Counted from the first letter of the stretch, positions 1-8,709 are shown. The stretch: 22,681 nucleotides of DNA from Candidatus Bathyarchaeia archaeon (GCA_037481775.1 JBBFKZ010000007.1:55958-78638); one strand, 5' to 3'. A program made the numbers and translations. The notes: generated by a model from the letters alone, not told the origin.

Positions 1-1104
1 TAGCCGCCTGTCACGGGCCAGCACGTCGCCTGACTCGCATATAGGCCCAACAACATCGTAGGTTTCAGTTTCTGCCTCGCCCAGCCTGTTTGCCACTAAG
101 ATGTGGTGATATGAACCGTACATGGCGGGTCTAATCAGCGTGTTGAAGCCCGCGTCGACGCCGACAAACTTCTTGAAAGGCGTCGTCTTAACGGTGTTCA
201 CCGCGGTTAGCAGGATGCATGCGTCGCAGACCAAGTAGCGACCAGGCTCAACACAGAAGAACGGCTCGCCAAGGTTGTACTCTGCCGTCTTCTGCTTGAA
301 AAGTGAAAGCACGGCGCCGGCGAAAGAGTGCAAGTCGAGTTCTCTGTCTTCTGGCTTGTAGGGCACGCCAAGCCCGCCTCCCATGTCCACGAACTCGAAG
401 CTTATTCCAAGTTCGTCGCGGATCCTTTTAGCTATGCTTAACAGTTTTTCAAGCGCTAAAACAAATGGCTCCACAGCGAGTATGCCGGAGCCTACGTGCA
501 TGTGTATTCCGAATCGCTTCACGCCTGCCTTCTGCGCTTGCTTATATGCGGCTATTGCGTCGTTTTCCCATAGGCCAAATTTTGTGTTCTTGCCGGCTGT
601 AATGCAGTGGTCATGGTGACCTGCGCCTATCTCGGGGTTAACTCGGACAGACAGGACCTCCGGCGTTGCAATCTTCAGTAGACGGCTTAACTGGGATAGG
701 GAATCCACATTCACGGTTACTTTGGCGTCCGCGAGGAACCGGAGCTCGTTGTTTCTAACGCTTGTTCCAGTGAATAAGATGCGTTCAGGCGGAAAGCCAG
801 CCTTTAACGCCATGTAAACTTCTCCGGGGCTGACGGCGTCCAGATGCACGCCTTCAGACGCTAAAATTTTCAGCACCGCCAAGTTAGAGTTTGCCTTTGC
901 AGCGTAATAGATTCGGATTTTGTCATAGCGGCTTGTCAGTGCCTTGTGAAGGCGCTTGTAGTTTTCTCTTATGCGTTTTTCGCTGATCACATAAAGCGGC
1001 GTGTCAAATTTCTCAGCTAACTCGCTGGCGGAAACGCCGTCAAAGTATAGTCTGCCATCTCGATTTTCTAAAGGTTCACGTAGCTCCCGTATGTTCGACA
1101 CCAT
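1..1104 (-). CDS. lysA: Diaminopimelate decarboxylase (3' end runs off the window)
   Basis: Missing from the ORF track because there is no stop in the window. Manual translation from ATG at 1104 gives MVSNIRELREPLENRDGRLYFDG...FDTPLYV...YYAAKANSN (PLP lysine)...DAVSPGE...VVGPICESGD (catalytic Cys motif). A GGAGA SD lies upstream. Confidence 0.96.
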   Translation of the reverse strand, partial: MVSNIRELREPLENRDGRLYFDGVSASELAEKFDTPLYVISEKRIRENYKRLHKALTSRYDKIRIYYAAKANSNLAVLKILASEGVHLDAVSPGEVYMALKAGFPPERILFTGTSVRNNELRFLADAKVTVNVDSLSQLSRLLKIATPEVLSVRVNPEIGAGHHDHCITAGKNTKFGLWENDAIAAYKQAQKAGVKRFGIHMHVGSGILAVEPFVLALEKLLSIAKRIRDELGISFEFVDMGGGLGVPYKPEDRELDLHSFAGAVLSLFKQKTAEYNLGEPFFCVEPGRYLVCDACILLTAVNTVKTTPFKKFVGVDAGFNTLIRPAMYGSYHHILVANRLGEAETETYDVVGPICESGDVLARDRRL

Positions 1105-1148
1105 AGGCGCTCTCCAATTTCTCTACATGCCACGGTAAAGTAGCGCTT

Positions 1149-2207
1149 TTAGCATATGCCTTTTGCTACCATGAGTTCGGCGCTGAGGATGCCGCCTCCT
1201 GCGGCTCCGCGGATGGTGTTGTGACCCAAACACATGTATTTAATAGTCATAACTGGGTCTTTTCTGATTCTGCCTACGACGACGCTCATGCCTCTGCCTT
1301 CGTCGCGGTCATAGCGAGGTTGAGGCCTATTCGGCTCCTTTCTTACCACTATAGGGTTTTCTGGCGCGGAAGGTAACTTCAGCTTTTGCGGTTCACCCTT
1401 GAATCCTCTAAAGGCCTCTTCAACCTCTTCTACGCTTGGGTTTTCTTCAAGCTTTACGAAAACCGCTTCCAAGTGGCCATCCTTTACGTTGACGCGATGG
1501 CAACTGGCGCTGAGGACGACGTCGGCGGGGCATATTGCTTCTCCGTCAAACGTGCCCAAAATCTTCAACGGCTCGCATTCCACTTTATCTTCTTCGTTAG
1601 AAATGAAGGGAATAACGTTATCAATTATGTCTAATGAGGCGACGCCTGGGTAGCCTGCGCCGCTGAGCGCCTGCATAGTTGAAACAACCACTTGTTTGAG
1701 GCCGAATTTCATGAGCGGCTTCAGCGACATTGCTAGCTGAATTGTGCTGCAGTTTGGGTCTGTGGAGATGAAGCCCTTCCAACCTCGACGCTTTTTCTGG
1801 ATTGGAATAAGCGACGTATGCTCAGGATTCACTTCGGGAATGATTAGCGGGACATCCTTATCCATGCGGTGTGCGCTTGCCTTGCTGAAGACTGGAAACA
1901 GTGCGGCGAATTCTTCTTCAACAGGGCCTGCTAAGTCGCCTGGCAACGCTGAGAAAACAAGGTCCACATCTCCAGCTTTTTCCACCGACTCCACGTCCGT
2001 ATGCACTACGGGCATCTCGGCGATTTCCTTGGGCAGAGGAGACTCCATGATCCAGTTGCATGCAGCCTTGTAATTTTTGCCTGCAGACTTCTCTGAAGCT
2101 GCAAGAACCTCGATTTGGAACCATGGGTGATCCTGAAGCAGCTGGATGAACCGTTGCCCAACGGCTCCTGTTGCGGCTAATATGGCTACTTTACGTTTTG
2201 AAGGCAT
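1149..2207 (-). CDS. asd: Aspartate-semialdehyde dehydrogenase (archaeal type)
   Basis: Rossmann ATGAVGQRF, PLIIPEVN, catalytic PNCST, QALSGAG, RVNVKDGH, HNTIRGAAG motifs. Confidence 0.97.
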   Translation of the reverse strand: MPSKRKVAILAATGAVGQRFIQLLQDHPWFQIEVLAASEKSAGKNYKAACNWIMESPLPKEIAEMPVVHTDVESVEKAGDVDLVFSALPGDLAGPVEEEFAALFPVFSKASAHRMDKDVPLIIPEVNPEHTSLIPIQKKRRGWKGFISTDPNCSTIQLAMSLKPLMKFGLKQVVVSTMQALSGAGYPGVASLDIIDNVIPFISNEEDKVECEPLKILGTFDGEAICPADVVLSASCHRVNVKDGHLEAVFVKLEENPSVEEVEEAFRGFKGEPQKLKLPSAPENPIVVRKEPNRPQPRYDRDEGRGMSVVVGRIRKDPVMTIKYMCLGHNTIRGAAGGGILSAELMVAKGIC

Positions 2208-3372
2208 TACTTATCGCTTCCTTTGCTCTTTTGAGTTGATTTTCCTCGATAAAAACGTTAATGGTTGCTTTGCTGGTGGTTATTTCAATTATGTTTATGC
2301 CCTCACGGCTAAGTGCATTAGAGATTTTTGCAACGCCGCCGGGTGAGTCGACAAAATCAGGGTGGCTTATCTGAAGTAGGGCAACATTTTCTCTGTGACT
2401 TATAGCCTTGACGCCCTCTACTTGATGAAGTCTATTTATGAGCTCGCGTACGTTACCGTCGGAAGTAAACACCGTAACGGATTTTCTTCCTGAGCTGACA
2501 CCGTAAACAGGATTGCGGCTGAGAGTTTGGAAAATCTTCCGCAAATTTTCCGTGTTGACATCGCAAACCACGTTAATGGCCAGCAAGCCTTCTTGGCTGT
2601 GCATTTCTGCCGAGTTAATGGCGAAGGAGCCTGTGATTTCGGTGCCGCCTGTAGCTAAGCTGCCAGAGGAAAAGTCAACTATCCTGAGCTTTTGGCTTGG
2701 CAACTTGTATTTCAGCGCTTCGGCCTTCACTATTTTCGCGCCGCCCTGCGCGAGATCGAACATTTCGTGGATGTCAAGCTTGCTGAGCGGCTTGGCGTCA
2801 GGAACTATTTTCGGATCAGCCGATAGAACGCCGCTTGTCTCCTTGACAAGGATTATTTCGTCAACGTTTAAGCAGTGAGCCAGCAGTAAGGCTGTTGTGT
2901 CGCTTCCGCCGCGGCCGAGAGTAGTCACTCTGCCTTCTGCGTCCTTTCCAAGGAAACCGCAAACGACAGGAACACTTTTGCCGAGAAGCGGCGCTACGAA
3001 TTTCCGTGTTAGCACAGCGGTTTTCTCAATGTCAGGTTCTGCGTTGCGGAAGTTAGAGTCCGTTATTATTGGCCAATTGTCGTTTGCCGGGTCAAAAACC
3101 TCAGCTTTGACGCCTCTGGCTCTTAGTGCGGCTGTGAAAACGCGGGCGCTTGTGCGTTCGCCCATGGAGATGACCTCCGCATAATCTGAATCGTCCACGC
3201 CGCCTAGCTGCGCGAGTGTGCTGATTAGGCTGTCGGTTGTTTTGCCCATCGCAGAAACAACAACCACCATTTCTTTGTAGGGTGCCTCAGCAACCATTCT
3301 AGCTGCACGCTGAATTTTTTCTCCGTCTGCGAGGTCAGCGCCGCCGAACTTGATGACTACCCGACTACCCAA
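2191..3372 (-). CDS. lysC: Aspartate kinase with C-terminal ACT domains
   Basis: VIKFGG, VVVVSAMGKTTD, SMGER, TTLGRGGSDTTA, SADPKIVPDA; ACT-like PGGVAKISNALSREGINI. Start moved to TTG at 3372 (GGAGG SD upstream, avoids overlap with dapB). Confidence 0.9.
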   Translation of the reverse strand: MGSRVVIKFGGADLADGEKIQRAARMVAEAPYKEMVVVVSAMGKTTDSLISTLAQLGGVDDSDYAEVISMGERTSARVFTAALRARGVKAEVFDPANDNWPIITDSNFRNAEPDIEKTAVLTRKFVAPLLGKSVPVVCGFLGKDAEGRVTTLGRGGSDTTALLLAHCLNVDEIILVKETSGVLSADPKIVPDAKPLSKLDIHEMFDLAQGGAKIVKAEALKYKLPSQKLRIVDFSSGSLATGGTEITGSFAINSAEMHSQEGLLAINVVCDVNTENLRKIFQTLSRNPVYGVSSGRKSVTVFTSDGNVRELINRLHQVEGVKAISHRENVALLQISHPDFVDSPGGVAKISNALSREGINIIEITTSKATINVFIEENQLKRAKEAISNAFKT

Positions 3373-3389
3373 ATTTCCGCCCTCCGCCC

Positions 3390-4181
3390 TTAAAGCTCCA
3401 GAACATCTTCCATGCTGAAGATTCGGGGTTCCGTCTGCCTGCTTAACCACTCGGCTGCGTATACAGCGCCTTGAGCGAATACACTCCGCGAAAAAGCAAT
3501 GTGCTCTATGCGCAGCATTTCGTATGGACCTGCGACTATGAGATCGTGGATTCCGGGTACGCCTCCCGCACGCAGCGCGGTTACTTCCAGCTCGTCCGGT
3601 TGCCGTGGGCTGATGCCTTCCCTGCCGTATACGGTCTTGGCGTAGCCGCGGTTTTCCGATATTATCTGCGCTAGTTTTTTGGCTGTGCCGCTTGGCGCGT
3701 CCTTCTTGCCTGTGTGGTGTATTTCGCTTATGCTGAATGTGTACTCCTTCGGAAACACCTTTAGCGACTGTGCAAGCTTGAATAGTATGTTGACGCCTAC
3801 GCTAAAGTTAGGCGAGAAAACAGCTGGAACCCTGCCTGAAACAGCTTCGTGCAACTGCCGGTTTTGCTCTTCGGTGAAGCCTGTTGTGCCCAAAACTATG
3901 CGCTTACCCAGCGACGCCACCACGGGAATGTTTTGCATTTCCGCCGCTGGCGTTGTAAATGTTACGTAGACGTCTGCTTCCTGAAGGGCTTCGCTGAGTT
4001 TATCCGCGCTTGCAATTCGCAAATCAGAGTTGCAGATGCCCAGCTCACGCAGTGTCTTACCTATAAATGGGCTTCCTTGGGCTTCAACTGCACCTGTTAT
4101 CTGATGCCCCTTTCCGAGGGCTTCTTGGATAACGGCGTTGCCCATTCTGCCGGCAACGCCGGCTACGCATAGTTTAAGCAT
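3390..4181 (-). CDS. dapB: 4-hydroxy-tetrahydrodipicolinate reductase
   Basis: GVAGRMG, GTTG, SPNFSVG and signature EIHHTGKKDAPSGTA. Confidence 0.97.
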   Translation of the reverse strand: MLKLCVAGVAGRMGNAVIQEALGKGHQITGAVEAQGSPFIGKTLRELGICNSDLRIASADKLSEALQEADVYVTFTTPAAEMQNIPVVASLGKRIVLGTTGFTEEQNRQLHEAVSGRVPAVFSPNFSVGVNILFKLAQSLKVFPKEYTFSISEIHHTGKKDAPSGTAKKLAQIISENRGYAKTVYGREGISPRQPDELEVTALRAGGVPGIHDLIVAGPYEMLRIEHIAFSRSVFAQGAVYAAEWLSRQTEPRIFSMEDVLEL

Positions 4182-5208
4182 AGTATAATCCCTGCCAGAA
4201 GCGCTCGTTGTATAATCGTTCGCTTAAGTCTACGTCGAAGAAGTCTTCTATTGGCTGAAGAACTTCCGGATTGTTCTCGTAAACTCTGCGAGCGCTTGTT
4301 AAAACCGTTTCTAAACCGTTACGAGTCATCTTCCCAAGTGGGCGCCTGCATGGCCCAGCAGGCATGCCTAAAATGTTCATCAGCGTCTTGTAAGCCAAGG
4401 GGTTCCGCGCCCGGCATGTTACAGGTCCATAGGGCGTCTGTTCTTGGGTTTTCACGGTGACTATGGCGAAAAGCGGTTGTAGCGCTTGGAGAAGCTGGTT
4501 TGCCTTTGTTAAATCGCCGTTGATCAAGGCATTGGTCATGTCTGCTACAGCGCGGGGGGCAACGTTGCTTGCAACGGAGATAACGCCGCTTGCGGCGATG
4601 TTAGCGTCAGTCATCATTGCATAGGTTTTGTCGTCGTCGCCTGAAAGTATGCTGAAATCAGAGCCGCAGAGTTTTCTGGTTAAGCGCATGTTTTCCAAGT
4701 CGCCTGTTGCTTCCTTTACGGCGCTGACGTTTGGATACTCTCTGTGAAGCAACGCGAGGTCTTGCGGCAAAAGCTGTGTGCCGGTTCTTCCCGGAATAAT
4801 ATAGGGGATAAGTTGGATTTCGGGGAAGCGCTTGGCGATGGGCTCAACATATTCTTTTCGTATTTCAAGCGAGCTAGGCCCATTATAATACGGGTCCACC
4901 AGGAGCACGCAGTTTACGCCCACATGCTGCGCATGCGCTGTGCCTTCTATGGCTTCCTGGGTGGAGTTACTTCCCGTGCCCGCTATGGTTAAGCATTTTC
5001 CGTTTACATATTCGTGAACGCGTTCAATAACTTTATTGTGCTCATTCCAATCTAGGGTTGGGCTTTCGCCTGTAGTACCAACGGCGAGTATGCCGCTGGC
5101 GCCTTCTTTTACTTGAAATTCCACTAAGCTGCGTAGCCCTTCGTAGTCTATTTCGCCGAGGCGGGTCATGGGCGTTATAAGCGCCGTATAGCAACCTTTG
5201 AATTGCAT
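4174..5208 (-). CDS. dapA: 4-hydroxy-tetrahydrodipicolinate synthase (long form, 344 aa)
   Basis: TALITP, GTTGES, PYYN, YIIPGRTG, Schiff-base KEATG, SGDD motifs; first gene of the dap/lys cluster. Confidence 0.95.
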   Translation of the reverse strand: MQFKGCYTALITPMTRLGEIDYEGLRSLVEFQVKEGASGILAVGTTGESPTLDWNEHNKVIERVHEYVNGKCLTIAGTGSNSTQEAIEGTAHAQHVGVNCVLLVDPYYNGPSSLEIRKEYVEPIAKRFPEIQLIPYIIPGRTGTQLLPQDLALLHREYPNVSAVKEATGDLENMRLTRKLCGSDFSILSGDDDKTYAMMTDANIAASGVISVASNVAPRAVADMTNALINGDLTKANQLLQALQPLFAIVTVKTQEQTPYGPVTCRARNPLAYKTLMNILGMPAGPCRRPLGKMTRNGLETVLTSARRVYENNPEVLQPIEDFFDVDLSERLYNERFWQGLYYA

Positions 5209-5276
5209 TTTGTGTTCGCACCTTGAACACTAACATTTAATGCGGCTTTATTAAGCTTTCCGTTTTCCTGAATAAT

Positions 5277-5293
5277 TTTGCGAATTTCGCAAA
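5277..5293. promoter_or_regulatory. Perfect 8-1-8 palindrome TTTGCGAA-T-TTCGCAAA upstream of the dapA BRE/TATA; candidate Lrp/AsnC operator
   Basis: Dyad seen directly. It lies about 20 bp upstream of a minus-strand GGAAAG-CTTAATAAA BRE/TATA-like element (~5247-5261). Confidence 0.55.
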
Positions 5294-5369
5294 TAAACCA
5301 TTCATTAAAGAAGCAAATCCAAATACACATCACGATTTACGTAAAAACTGCAAAATCCCTTAAAGTAGC

Positions 5370-6725
5370 CTAATGTTTCACCAATTTTGCGATGAAAAAA
5401 CCGTTACTTTCACTATTGTGTGGATAAAGCCTCAAGCACTTCTCCAATCCTCTAAGCCCAGGCTTACCGAGTTTAGGTTCTATCTCCACCAAAGCAAAAT
5501 CGGGATGCTGCATCAAAAACCGCTCGATAATCATCTCATTCTCCTCAACTGTAATACTACAGGTGGAGTAGATTAAAAAGCCGCCCGCCTTTACTTTTTC
5601 AGCACACTTATCAATCATACGCCACTGAATATCCGCCATTCTCTCAATTGACTTCCGAGTGAGCCGCCATTTAGCTGACGGCTGCTTTGCAAAAACACCA
5701 GTACTCGTGCATGGAGGATCCAAAACCACCACATCCGCCTCCAAATTAACAGGCAAGCCAAAGCGGGCATCCGCAATTACTGGTTCTGCTACTTTTACAT
5801 CCATGCGCGCAACTTCCTTTTTCCATGTTTGCATCCGCCGCACGGAATAGTCCACCGAAAAAATGCTGCCTCGATTCTGCATAAGCTGCGCGAGGTAGGT
5901 GGTTTTAGCGCCTGGCGCCGCACAAACATCTAAAACAGTCATATCTTGCTGCGGCGCGGCAGCCTCTGCAGCGTAACAACTTGCCTTATCTTGAATGTAG
6001 AACAAGCCTTCTTTAAAGCTCGCTGTCTCGCGTAAAGGCTGCTTTACACTAGAGACTTTGTAAGCATATTTCAACGGCTCAATTTTTTCCACCTTAATTC
6101 CTTCAGCTGCAAACGACGCCAGAATCTGCTGCTCAGAAGCTTTGAGAGTGTTTAGTCTAATGCAAACAGGCGGCGGCTTCAAGTTTCCTTCCAGAATTGC
6201 AAGGGTTTCATCGCGCCCAAAAAGGTTAAAGCAGTACTCAACAAACCATGCAGGATGGAAGGTTTGAAGTCCAATCCTTTCCATTTCGCTGGCTTCTTTC
6301 AGAACTGAGTTTATCTGGCGAGTAAGCAGAAACCCAAGAAAAGGTTCAACACATTGCAAAGTTTTCCAGCCCAGAATCGCTCGACCCAGCTTGGCAATAC
6401 TTTCTGCTTCTTCCAAATCTAATTTAGACCAATTCTTAGTGATTCTAGTCTGGTAAACATAAAGCCGCAGAAAAGCCTGAACGCCCATAGAGAACTCGCT
6501 AATTTCCCTAGGCTTCAAAACACTGTTAACAAACGCATCTATCACATTTTTGCGCCGAACAGTTTCAATAACCAAACCATAAGCATATCGAACAGCATTA
6601 GAATCACTTACGCCTAACTGCTTGACAGTCTTAGCCAAAGCCAAATGTTCACTCAGTTTATGCAGCTCCATCCAACTCAAGGTTTCTATGGCAACTGTCC
6701 ACGCCTCTTTCAGCAACTTCTTCAC
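5370..6725 (-). CDS. RsmB/NOL1/NOP2/Sun family RNA cytosine-C5 methyltransferase with N-terminal NusB-like domain
   Basis: IRLNTLK, FYIQDKAS, LDVCAAPGAKT, LDPPCTSTG, YSTCS, NGFFIAKL motifs; both catalytic Cys present. Confidence 0.93.
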   Translation of the reverse strand: MKKLLKEAWTVAIETLSWMELHKLSEHLALAKTVKQLGVSDSNAVRYAYGLVIETVRRKNVIDAFVNSVLKPREISEFSMGVQAFLRLYVYQTRITKNWSKLDLEEAESIAKLGRAILGWKTLQCVEPFLGFLLTRQINSVLKEASEMERIGLQTFHPAWFVEYCFNLFGRDETLAILEGNLKPPPVCIRLNTLKASEQQILASFAAEGIKVEKIEPLKYAYKVSSVKQPLRETASFKEGLFYIQDKASCYAAEAAAPQQDMTVLDVCAAPGAKTTYLAQLMQNRGSIFSVDYSVRRMQTWKKEVARMDVKVAEPVIADARFGLPVNLEADVVVLDPPCTSTGVFAKQPSAKWRLTRKSIERMADIQWRMIDKCAEKVKAGGFLIYSTCSITVEENEMIIERFLMQHPDFALVEIEPKLGKPGLRGLEKCLRLYPHNSESNGFFIAKLVKH

Positions 6726-6947
6726 ACAAACCTAAAGCATGCAAGGGCTCAAATAAAAATGCCGCGCACCAATCTAAACCAACCATAAATTTCAACCTAA
6801 AACAGCCGCGGCACCCGTCATATTTGGCGCATATTAGCAATTCAATGCAGAAACCTATAGAGGGGCTCCTCTTCGTGCTACCACCAAGTTGCGCAGAAAG
6901 CTAAATCCTATTTTCTTTATGATAAACGTTCTTTTGGGAAAAGTTCT

Positions 6948-7075
6948 TGGTGCCGGGGGCGGGATTCTCGCTTTGTGTTTGTTTCGAGCCCGCGACTTCT
7001 GGGTTTAGGGCGCTTGCCCCTTTTGACTCTCCAGATTATGAGTCTGGCGCCCATTCCAGGCTAGGCTACCCCGGC
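6948..7075 (-). tRNA. tRNA-Met(CAT), elongator type, with two non-canonical introns (6997-7028 at position 45/46; 6965-6982 at 59/60) and encoded CCA
   Basis: Acceptor GCCGGGG/CCCCGGC+ACCA, anticodon arm CCAGA-CTCATAA-TCTGG, T stem GCGGG/CCCGC. Removing the 32-nt and 18-nt inserts gives a 78-nt cloverleaf. G1-C72 argues against initiator; Ile2 is not strictly excluded. Confidence 0.92.
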
Positions 7076-7295
7076 TGTTCATCAGGTACTCTTTCAGGGT
7101 TCAGACCATTTTAGTATAGTTGTTGTTTATTTACGTTTTCGGAGAAATCTTGTGTTTACTTGTGCGCGACCGAGACTGCAGCCGTTTTTTTAGCCCAATA
7201 TCGCTCATTAAAAAAGTTGCATTGATGTTTCCATGCAAAAACCAAGTTACATTAATTTATATATACACCATAAGTTATCAAATAGAGAGGATAGC

Positions 7296-8006
7296 ATGGC
7301 TTTAGTTGACACCGTAACCGTCACGGCAATAGTGTTAGTGGTGGTTATCGCTTGTGTAATGATCATTATTTACGCCATGAGAAAGCTCAGAAAGAAGCCG
7401 GAAAAAACGCTGATGCCTTCTGAAATGGAACCTGATTTTCGGGAGCTACCATTTAAGGTCACTAAAAGTGTGAAACCAACTGAGGCGTCTCAAGCTAAGG
7501 ATGAACTGCGTATTCTTGAGTTGGAGAGGGAAATTTTAAGCGACGCCATAAGGAGACTTTATGAAGCTCATGCAGAAGGAAAAATCAGCGAGCAAGAGCG
7601 TGAAAGGCTTGCAAGCGCCTACAAAAGCCGCATGATGGCTGTTAAAGAAGCCATTGCTAAAGATGAAACCATCGTGGCGCTGCATGAACTTGAAAGCATG
7701 CAGGAAGACTTGATGAAGTTTTTCAGTGAACGATTCGGAGAATTAAGCTCTAAAGTCGAGGAGCTAAGGTCAAAAATTAACGTGAAAACCGTAAAAGAGA
7801 TACCAGTGCAAATACCGAAACCCGCGGTTGCTGAGGCGCAGGCGGAAGCTGCCGAAGAAGAAGGAGAAGAGAAAAAAGAGAAGCCTAAGAAGAAGCCGCC
7901 TGAAAAGCCAAGCTTGAAGAGTGAAGCGGAGAAACGGATCGAGGAAATTAGGAGCGAAGTAGAAAAAGTCTTGGATCGGCTGGGGCAGATGGAAATTGAA
8001 TCATGA
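7296..8006 (+). CDS. Hypothetical membrane-anchored coiled-coil protein
   Basis: N-terminal TM (TVTAIVLVVVIACVMIIIYAM) followed by RKLRKK, long helical region, E/K/P-rich linker and C-terminal helix. ATG 7296 follows GAGGA SD; overlaps rpiA by 11 nt. Confidence 0.8.
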   Translation: MALVDTVTVTAIVLVVVIACVMIIIYAMRKLRKKPEKTLMPSEMEPDFRELPFKVTKSVKPTEASQAKDELRILELEREILSDAIRRLYEAHAEGKISEQERERLASAYKSRMMAVKEAIAKDETIVALHELESMQEDLMKFFSERFGELSSKVEELRSKINVKTVKEIPVQIPKPAVAEAQAEAAEEEGEEKKEKPKKKPPEKPSLKSEAEKRIEEIRSEVEKVLDRLGQMEIES

Positions 8007-8709
8007 TAATGCGCTTGTGGAAGAGGCAAAGAAAAAAGTAGCTTTAGTAGCAGTTAAACATGTTAAAGACGGCTTTGTTGTGGGTTTGGGAAGTGGAAGC
8101 ACCGCCGCGTACGCAATAGAAGCTTTAGGTGAAAGAGTAAAACGTGAGAAACTGAATTTGATGGCTGTGCCAACGTCGTATCAGGCGTTTTTGTTGGCAG
8201 TAAAACATGGAATTACCATAACTACTCTGGACGAGCATCCTGAGATTGACGTAACTATTGACGGAGCCGACCAAATAGACGCTGAACTGAACTTGATTAA
8301 AGGCATGGGCGCGGCGCTAGCTCGAGAGAAAATCGTGGCTTCAGCATCCAAACTGAATATTATAATAGCTGATGGAAACAAAAAAGTGCGGGTTCTCGGG
8401 GAAAACAATCATCCCGTGCCAATTGAGGTTTTGCCTTTCGCCATTACCACGGTGAAACACAAAATAGAAGCGATTGGCGGAAAAGCCATTTTAAGAGAAG
8501 GAAAAGGTAAACTAGGCCCGGTAATAACGGACAATGGAAACGCAATAATAGACGCTAGTTTTGGAGCAATAAGGAATGCTGCAGAGCTTGAGATTGAGTT
8601 GAAGATGATTCCAGGCGTAATTGAAACTGGCCTTTTCGTTAATTTAACAGACATCGCCTACATTGGAACGAGCTCCGCTGTAGAAAAAATTGAAAGAAAT
8701 AGGCATTAA
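7996..8709 (+). CDS. rpiA: Ribose-5-phosphate isomerase A
   Basis: VGLGSGST, IDGADQID, IKGMGAALAREKI, PIEVLP, ITDNGN, IPGVIETGLF. Confidence 0.96.
   Translation: MNHDNALVEEAKKKVALVAVKHVKDGFVVGLGSGSTAAYAIEALGERVKREKLNLMAVPTSYQAFLLAVKHGITITTLDEHPEIDVTIDGADQIDAELNLIKGMGAALAREKIVASASKLNIIIADGNKKVRVLGENNHPVPIEVLPFAITTVKHKIEAIGGKAILREGKGKLGPVITDNGNAIIDASFGAIRNAAELEIELKMIPGVIETGLFVNLTDIAYIGTSSAVEKIERNRH

Noticed and set aside
3373-3450. N-terminal extension of the aspartate kinase ORF given in the track
   Set aside because: Overlaps dapB by 61 nt and lies before the conserved IKFGG start; TTG 3372 has a good SD.
7076-7107. CTGA/TGATGA motifs in the tRNA-Met leader resembling C/D boxes
   Set aside because: No terminal box C and box D in the correct order and spacing; insufficient for a C/D sRNA call.
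7233-7295. Upstream ATG for the coiled-coil protein
   Set aside because: Covers AT-rich promoter-like DNA; ATG 7296 has an SD and places the TM at the N-terminus.
8257-8280. DGADQ instead of DGADE in RpiA
   Set aside because: Other motifs including REK are intact; likely a benign variant.
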